From positions 656,106 to 720,105 of the forward strand of contig CDRNVI010000004.1 in NCBI GenBank assembly GCA_977017575.1: 64,000 bases of DNA, read 5' to 3'. How positions within the stretch are numbered: the stretch's first letter is position 1; every line of letters starts with the position of its first letter. The position numbers and the translations under genes are program-made. Shown in pieces: positions 57,071 through 64,000 of this stretch. Under the pieces are notes generated by a model. That model made no database searches. It was not told the origin of the DNA and worked only from the letters and a program-made list of their open reading frames with translations. Origin of the DNA: Paramoeba atlantica. Lineage: Eukaryota > Protista > Discosea.

Positions 57071-57535
57071 TCAGTGTTGTGCACTACGGACTTGGTTAAT
57101 CGCGCGAGAATGAGCCGCTAGGTGTGCAATAATCAGTTTGTTGCTATTCTCCACCACATTGTCTAGCATGACTGTTTCGAGAAACTCCGGGGATAGGGCA
57201 ACTCCCTCGTGCCCAAGCTGGAAACTCAATTCGACTGCTCCGATTTTACATAATACCGACCACTTGCTTAATCGAACACTTTCTGATTCGATGCTTGGTG
57301 CAGTTGTTCCTGGGGGCATTTTCGATAGAACTTCCGCGTAATACGCAAGATCGGAGCTTAGAAAAACTATCGCCCCGGGGAGGACCCGACGTAGTTCTTC
57401 CGGAGCAGTGATGCCAAGTCGTTTCACGGAGCAGATCTCCTTAAAGGCATCCTGGGACGATATGACGGGTGGTGTTTCGGGCATAAGCTCAGTAACAACG
57501 TCAACCATGAGTAAAGTATGAGGGTAACTAATCAC
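57071..57535 (-). CDS. gag-like ORF family copy C (internally deleted), immediately upstream of the YR ORF
   Basis: SQDAFKEICSVKRLGI...VLPGAIVF and YYAEVLSKMPPGT...VRLSKWSVLCK align with copies A and B. Confidence 0.6.
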   Translation of the reverse strand: MISYPHTLLMVDVVTELMPETPPVISSQDAFKEICSVKRLGITAPEELRRVLPGAIVFLSSDLAYYAEVLSKMPPGTTAPSIESESVRLSKWSVLCKIGAVELSFQLGHEGVALSPEFLETVMLDNVVENSNKLIIAHLAAHSRAINQVRSAQH

Positions 57536-58341
57536 AAAACCTATCGCAGAGGCGTATTATAATATCGTAACCATGCGTATTATAAGGCAATGCCGACACA
57601 AGTTTTATCCGATACACCAACTACATTGCGTGTAATTCACGCGCATCGTTGGACTATTATTTTTTAGCTCATTAAATTTTTGTGCGAGCTATCAAATTGC
57701 AAGAAAGAATTCCGGGCTTTGGACCGGAATTGCAGGGTTAAACACGACCGACGGCACCGAAAGGAAGCTGTAAGAAGTCCTAGGGCACGTATTTTTACTA
57801 TGTAACCCAGGGTAAAGTGGACGAGAGAGATAGCAATAGTGTAGGTGCGACAGTTTCCCAAGGAAAAACGGTATCTCCCCTATGGCATAAAGACAGGTGC
57901 CTAAAAAGGTGGAGATGCCGTTTTTCCTGCGGGAAACTGTCGCACCTACACTATTGGTATCTCCCTCGTCCACTTTAGCCTGGGTTTCAGGAAGAGAGGA
58001 AAAACACTTTTGCCCATTTTTCGGCATTGATTAGCCACCGATTGAGATTAGCATTTTTCGATGATTTTTCCGTGCTCACATACTGAACCCCATTCCATAC
58101 ATATTTCCAAGAAATTCTTAAAGAGCCTAGTACGTTTGTTCGCCGTCCCTTCTACAAGCAAACACGACTAGATTTTTGGGGTGGGGAGTAGGTTTTGGGG
58201 CCCTCTAGAAGGCCACTCGTCTTTCGCCGCGGCGGTTCATCTCGCCACCCCCGGGAGAAAACCGGTTGGGGACAGTTTGCCTGTACGTGTCCGAGAGCGC
58301 GGCAATTAAACCCTGTTCCGGGTTAATGTGCCTATAGCTAC

Positions 58342-58755
58342 TTATTGTGCCGGGGGGGCACAATAAGTGGAACCGACCTCTATTATTGTGCCCCCCTCCA
58401 GAATATGGCTCCGCGAAGGCGTCGGTTTCCCATTTAAGTCAGAAAATTTGTTTAGTGCGACATACAAAATCTTACGATCTTTAAGGAATGATGAGCAGGA
58501 ATCACGGATACCATCGACCCCGTAACGAGCAATTAGTTTTGAGCATTTTACGATAGACTGAGAGGTCGATTTTTTTTTGTTCAGTTTGGCTTCTACAAAC
58601 GCATTAATGGTATTAATATTATTGGCTATGAACTCCATTGTTACGAACTTATCCTGGCACCAACGCGTGACACCACCTAACTTGGGAGTTTCGATGTCCT
58701 GCGATTTCGAAGCTCTATCTAACGCAGATAGAACAGCCCCTCCATGCTCCTGCAA
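58342..58755 (-). mobile_element. hAT transposase middle-region relic
   Basis: KLGGVTRWCQDKFVTMEFIANNINTINAF resembles the hAT TRWNS...ML motif. Confidence 0.45.
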
Positions 58756-59718
58756 AAAGCGACATTCGTCATCCCAAGTTAAATCTAAAACGCTTAGTTT
58801 TTCTAGCAGATTCTCAGATTCACTTGGAATAACTGTTTTTTAAAATTATGAGACTGTCCAAAAGACCTCTCCAGAAATTATTTCTGGAGAGGGGTGCAAA
58901 TGCGGGGTAAAGCGGGCAATTACATATCTATTTACCTGGCGGGAGTACGTGTATGTTTAACCAACATTTCCAGACCACGGAAATTTATTTACATTTCCAG
59001 ACCACGGAAAAGACGCCTTTTATAGTTCCTCCTTCAACGAACGCAGCACCTCTTCTCAAGTTTTTCTTTTTTTAAATCAATAATTTTTTTATAAAAAACA
59101 TGTCTGGCGGAGTGGAGTTATCTGGCGCAGTTGGACCCACTCAATTTCACGAAAGAAAAAAATTATTTTGGCACTGCAAATTCAAAAACAAAACCTTTTT
59201 TGAGCAATTTAGGCGTACTTTCTTCAAATAAAAAATTTAGGTGGACTAGCGAGGGTGCATACACTACGAATGTTTTTTAAAAGGGTGACTTTTCGAAATA
59301 CAGTCGAAGTACTCGTTCCTCCAGGCTCCAGAGCACACCGTAAGAGCTGTTGACCTAATTCCTGCATCATTCAACAAATCTCGAAAAACTAGATCGTTTC
59401 TCGCCGTTTGTTTAGCTATCACCCCACCCCACCCCCCACTCGGGGGGTCCAAAATATTTATAAAAAACACAAAAAAAATAGCATAATTTATTGCCCTTCC
59501 GCTCTCTTTGGGACCCTTTTAGCCGTGGAAAGGTTCTCAAAATTGCTAACTTTTTATACAAAAAAATTAATCCGAAAGAGGTCATTTTCTTTGCTCGAAA
59601 AATTAGTGTCCAGTCGCATTCCAAGTCTTCGCTATGCAAAAGCGAACTTTCTCATGTACAATGGTTAGACTTGGTGGTGTGGAGGCAAAAAAGTGTAAAA
59701 GTATTTGAAAAGAAAAAG

Positions 59719-59752
59719 TCTTTTATCTATCTTTTTTGCAATTTATCCCTAG
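59719..59752 (+). promoter_or_regulatory. Putative trans-splice acceptor
   Basis: TCTTTTATCTATCTTTTTTGCAATTTATCCCTAG 16 nt before ATG 59769. Confidence 0.45.
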
Positions 59753-59768
59753 ACTAGTGTTCACAAAT

Positions 59769-60386
59769 ATGTCGGACAGCGTGGCACATCGAGTTCGTCG
59801 TGCAGATTTACCGCAAGAGTACACTCTCGCTCTCTTCATTAAAAGTCTTCCCAATCCTCGAAAATCATGGAGTACGCACACCCCCGCATGTGAGTGGGAA
59901 GGTGTGAAATGTGATGAGAAAAATAGTGTTGAAAGGTTGGAATGGAGTGGCCTTGGTCTTTCTGGTGAGTTCCAATGGTCTTCTCTACCGAGCTCTTTGT
60001 TGCATTTGAATTTAAGTTCAGGATTCAACTATGACAGCACTTGTGTGTACTTAAAGGGCGAGATTCCGCACGTTGACTTTGCATTATTACCCCGAGGTCT
60101 CTTAGAGCTAATTCTTAAGGAATTGGGTATCAGCGGGTCCCTTGAAGTAAGCGATCTTCCCCCTTCGCTTCGCATACTGGATCTCTATGGAAACAACATA
60201 CAGGGTAGTCTGGATTTTACTGCTTTTCCAGAAACCATGATTAAGATATTTCTCCACTGTAATTCGATTTATGGAGTTCCAGGCTTTTCGAAGCTTCCTC
60301 ATGGTCTACAAACGCTTTCAGTCTACAAAACGCAACTAACATTTCCTTCAGGAAAACTTCCTTCTTGTGTGTATTTCAGATCATAA
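59769..60386 (+). CDS. LRR-family copy 13 (intact paralog of 21220-21849)
   Basis: MSDSVAHRVRRADLPQEYTL, TPACEWEGVKCD, LRRs. Confidence 0.9.
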   Translation: MSDSVAHRVRRADLPQEYTLALFIKSLPNPRKSWSTHTPACEWEGVKCDEKNSVERLEWSGLGLSGEFQWSSLPSSLLHLNLSSGFNYDSTCVYLKGEIPHVDFALLPRGLLELILKELGISGSLEVSDLPPSLRILDLYGNNIQGSLDFTAFPETMIKIFLHCNSIYGVPGFSKLPHGLQTLSVYKTQLTFPSGKLPSCVYFRS

Positions 60387-60949
60387 CATCAGATTGTAAA
60401 CTTGTGATAGTAATTCATCAATTGACTTATTTGAATGTGACGACAAGCATTAGTGAATTTATATCTTTTCAATTAGGATTTATTTATTTACCTGCTTTCA
60501 AACTTTTTTTAAAGTTGAAAGGCTTCTCTTTTTGTTTCAGAATTCAAGCGAGCAAGATACAACGTTTAGTCTAGTTCTCAACAACGTTTAAATTCGCTTT
60601 TTTCCTCCATTTTACTGCTTTTTTCCAAGGTTCATATTTTCCAAAAAGCTTGTTTTAGCTCTCTTTCGGGTAATCATATGAACACCAGGGGATCCCTACC
60701 ATAAAAGGTGGCGAAGCGCTTCGCTAGGGGAACGAGATTTCTCGTATGCAACAAAAATAGCAAAAACGGGTAAATCAAATCAAATTTCCTCGGGGGGGGG
60801 GGGGGGGGGGGGCAATAGAAACCACTGTAACTCGCGGAACACTTCTGCTAAAGAGCCGGAGGGGATCGTCTCACGGGTAATATCCAAAGTTACTCTACTT
60901 TACTGTGCGACACATGAGACAAAGTTAGCTAAACGAATTCTCTTTAAGA

Positions 60950-61300
60950 GAATTCGGCCGAATTTGAGTTCGGCCGAGTTTCATACATTGCAGAGCCACG
61001 CGCTTCTGACAGATTTCGGCTCTCACATTTCCGAGAGACCGGCATAACCCTTCCAACAGTAGGTGACCACCACAGTGCCTACTTCCTGTGTGTGTTTCTC
61101 GACGAATGTCGTTAAGGTAGGTCGGTCACGCTTCTGGACGAGCGTCGAAACAGTCCTCCCGGATGTACCGTCACGTAGGATTTCTGTAACGAACCATCAC
61201 GCTTCCTTGCAAACACGCTCAGATTTACGTTTTCCAAAGTAAGTTTTCATCAACAGCCATACCATCGAATCGCGATACTTGGCTCTCTTCGTGCTGTAGA
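60950..61300 (-). mobile_element. Degenerate Merlin transposase relic
   Basis: Minus frames give MAVDENLLWK, LVQKRDRPTLTTFVEKHT and RVALQCMKLG, matching LVKRRDQGTLASFVMPH and NVALQCVKFG of the neighbouring relic. Confidence 0.55.
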
Positions 61301-61739
61301 GCCGTGTCGCATAGATCCTTGAAAATATGGGGGATGGTCTTTATTCCCCCAACATACAGTACAAACATACATACTGTATGTTTTCCCGGTTGAAAAATGA
61401 TCCGCGACCTAGAAAACCGGTTGAAAAATGATCCGCGGCCTAGAATTGCAGAAGATAGCCCCCGCCGCGTAGCGAGCATGGTGAGGAATGACGAAGGAAA
61501 GGAAACTGATCTTTCTGTGGCACCGTTCATGTTGCCCATGGCCGCGGTGCACACAATTCATAACTCCCAGCTCTTCGGATTGCTCGATAAAATGCGACCC
61601 ATGGTCAGGACAAATCGCTGACTTACAAGGAAAATGATTCACATGAAGAAAGCTCGATGTCGTCCTCTGAACAACTACGATGGCTCTCGGATACATCATC
61701 GAGTATATCAGCAGACATGTAGCTGTAATGCTTTTGGAT

Positions 61740-62774
61740 GCACTGCAAGATGTTCATAAAACGAATTTGCCAGGCTTACTTTCTGTCTGTCTTGCCGTAC
61801 CCAAATTTTACGCATTGAAGAGCGACATTACGGCATAGGTCCATGGAGGGTGCGCCATAATTATACATAATTGTAGTGCTGCTGTTTGATCCATTGCTTA
61901 ATAGTCTTGTGGGCAGCTTCTGCATGATTCGTATGGTATCCTTTAAGTTCACCGTGAAATGGCGACAGTACTCACCGAAATGGATGTACCCCCGCCTTTC
62001 ATCAGTGATCACAACAGATCGCACGCTGACAAGGTGAGGCATGACAAATGAGGCAAGAGTTCCCTGATCCCGTCGTTTTACGAGGCGCCAGTGGGCGCGA
62101 CCTACTATTTGTCGATAACCGATTTCGGTGGCAGTTACAAACCACCACCCAATCTTGCGAATGCGTTTGCCCCGATGATACATACGCTTGCCGATAAAAG
62201 TTCGTTTACTTGCAGTTTCGAAAAATTGAATTCTGTAGTGTCTTGCTCGTGCAAAGCTGCGTTGGCGACCATGTGGAGAATTTTGGTCACAGTTCTCTGG
62301 CGAACTCCACAATTCCGGTAAATTTGACCCGTAGTTAAATTATTGGCTATATCGGCCCATATTAATAACAGCTTCGCAAGGGTCAATGATGAATGGCTGT
62401 CCAGGTAAGGCGCAGAAAGAAAAACTATAGCACGACAAGGATTACCTGAACCTTCGTCGTAATGTCGGTATTCACTCATATTTGGTTTATTCTTATACGG
62501 TTGCATAAATTCCGTGCCGTGCCTTTGGCACTCCGGAGGATTGAGTAAATTGGTGCGCTAGCATCCAGTCGTAGGCTTTTTCGCCTTGCGGCACAAAGTT
62601 AAGGTTTCTCCAGGTACGGACGCACGCGAACCCATCACACCCCCCACACATCCAGCAAGGATTCCATGGACTGCGGTGAATTTCCTCCCCCTCGTGAGCC
62701 CCTTCATTTTTCTGTTTATCAATTTTCTGTTTTACGAAGGGATTTACTGGAGATTGAGAGGGAATCTGCCCCAA
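61740..62774 (-). mobile_element. Merlin/IS1595 transposase relic (frameshifted)
   Basis: FIGKRMYHRGKR...WWFV, VKRRDQGTL...SVVITDERRGY...HFTVN; upstream HTH-like and Cys-rich ORF pieces. Confidence 0.8.
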
Positions 62775-62984
62775 ACGTCAAGATTGGGCATACAAGACAG
62801 TCAAACAAACGTAACTTCGTAGATGCACTCAGAGGAGAGTCCCAAATCCCACGTAGTTGTTTTTAAGCAACTACCGTAAACCCCCAGTAATAGAATCGAC
62901 CCACTCCCACCCCCGATTAATTGCTCCTCCACCGTATTCCACTGGTTCTCAAAAAAGTAATCCTATCTCCTTACACACCACACA

Positions 62985-64000
62985 TTTCCTTACCTTTTTT
63001 CTCATCATTTTACGTTGATTTTGCAATTTTACATTTTTCTTCTTCATTCCATTATTTTTTCTTTCTATTTCTCTTCCAATATCTTCTAAATAGCCTCTAA
63101 AATTACGACTATTTTAGGCTCTTCGTTAAACGCGGTGGTTGCTTTCAACTCAGAAGTCACTCATGCTGCGCGCTGCGCGTTGAAAACTACCTCAGCGTTT
63201 AACGAAGAGCCTAAAAAGGAAAAATCGCCAGAAAAATCGCCTCCCCCAGGTGGTGGGGTGGAAAGTCATCGCCGCGGCCTACTCTACCACTTCCCTGCGC
63301 TCGATTTCGAAAATCAAGATTCTGAAATTTTCAAAAAACGACGTATGCCCCCCCCTGGACCCCCCCCCCATGGACCCCCCATTTTTTTCAATTTTTTTTT
63401 CAATTTTGGACCACCGGAGCCTCCTTTTATATTTTTTTCTTCTATTATATTGCTGTGTTTCTCTTATATTTTCACTGTTTTTGTTCACTTTTTTTTCAAT
63501 AATCGAGGGTAGAGCGGTAGTTATACAGCCACCGCAATATCCTCTACCTACGCCCCACACCCCCCCTCCCCACCATGTCTACCCCTCTCCACACCTTTTC
63601 CTTACCTTTTTTCTTTATAACATTTCCTTACCTTTTTTTCTCATCATTTTACGCTGATTTTACAATTTTACATTTTTCTTCTTCATTCCATTATTTTTTC
63701 TTTCTTTTTATCTTCCAATATCTTTTAAATATCCTCTAAATATCCTCTACCTCACACCCCCCTCCCCACCATGTCTACCCCTCTCCACACCTTTTCCTTA
63801 CCTTTTTTCCTTATCACATTTCCTTACCTTTTTTCTCATCTTTTTACGCTGATTTTACAATTTTACAATTTTTTTCTTCAATTCCATTATTTTTTCTTTC
63901 TATTTCTCCTCCAATATCTTCTAAATAGCCTCTACCTACGTCCCGCACCCCCCTCCCCACCATGTCTTCCCCTCTCCCCACCCCCGACCCTACCCTCTCC
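62985..64000. repeat. Pyrimidine-rich tandem repeat of ~190-200-bp units, interrupted by a MITE and the GGACCCCCC repeat
   Basis: CCCCCTCCCCACCATGTCT(A/T)CCCCTCTCC and ACATTTCCTTACCTTTTTTCTCATC...TTTACG(C/T)TGATTTT recur 3-4 times. Confidence 0.85.

Noticed and set aside
59264-59470. ARNDLVFRDLLNDAG as a possible RLE fragment
   Set aside because: Only a vague resemblance to the RHxxV motif, with no PD/D-E-K residues to support it
3402-62774. Apparent bias of TE ORFs toward the minus strand (about 13 minus vs 6 plus)
   Set aside because: Sample too small and the relics are not independent; needs a genome-wide count

Overview
Eukaryotic, intron-free, repeat-rich window that looks euglenozoan, most likely kinetoplastid. 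All recognisable host genes lie on the + strand, several follow polypyrimidine-AG tracts, and a spliced-leader (SL) core sequence is present. Host genes: a TRM61/GCD14 tRNA m1A58 methyltransferase, a 1353-aa protein with a duplicated atypical CCCH-like module and a 9-aa repeat, a PTB/hnRNP-L-like RRM protein, a 572-aa hypothetical protein, and 13 copies of one small LRR family (11 intact, 1 nonsense-disrupted, 1 doubly insertion-disrupted, 1 of the intact ones chimeric). The intergenic space is a transposon graveyard: CRE/SLACS-clade RT-RLE retroposons, gag-like plus tyrosine-recombinase (VIPER/TATE-like) relics, Tc1/IS630 (DD35E and an unusual DD32E form), pogo, hAT and Merlin transposase relics, and many MITEs with verifiable TIRs and TSDs. 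The strongest candidate for an undescribed system is a 592-bp non-coding insert. It starts with the 3' 28 nt of an SL-like exon, ends in an A/AAC tail, and sits 13 nt upstream of an SL-core mimic inside an LRR gene. It is plausibly a non-autonomous SL-targeting retroposon mobilised by a CRE-type RT/endonuclease. No rRNA, tRNA or CRISPR array was recognised. Family assignments come from motifs read by eye, not from database searches.
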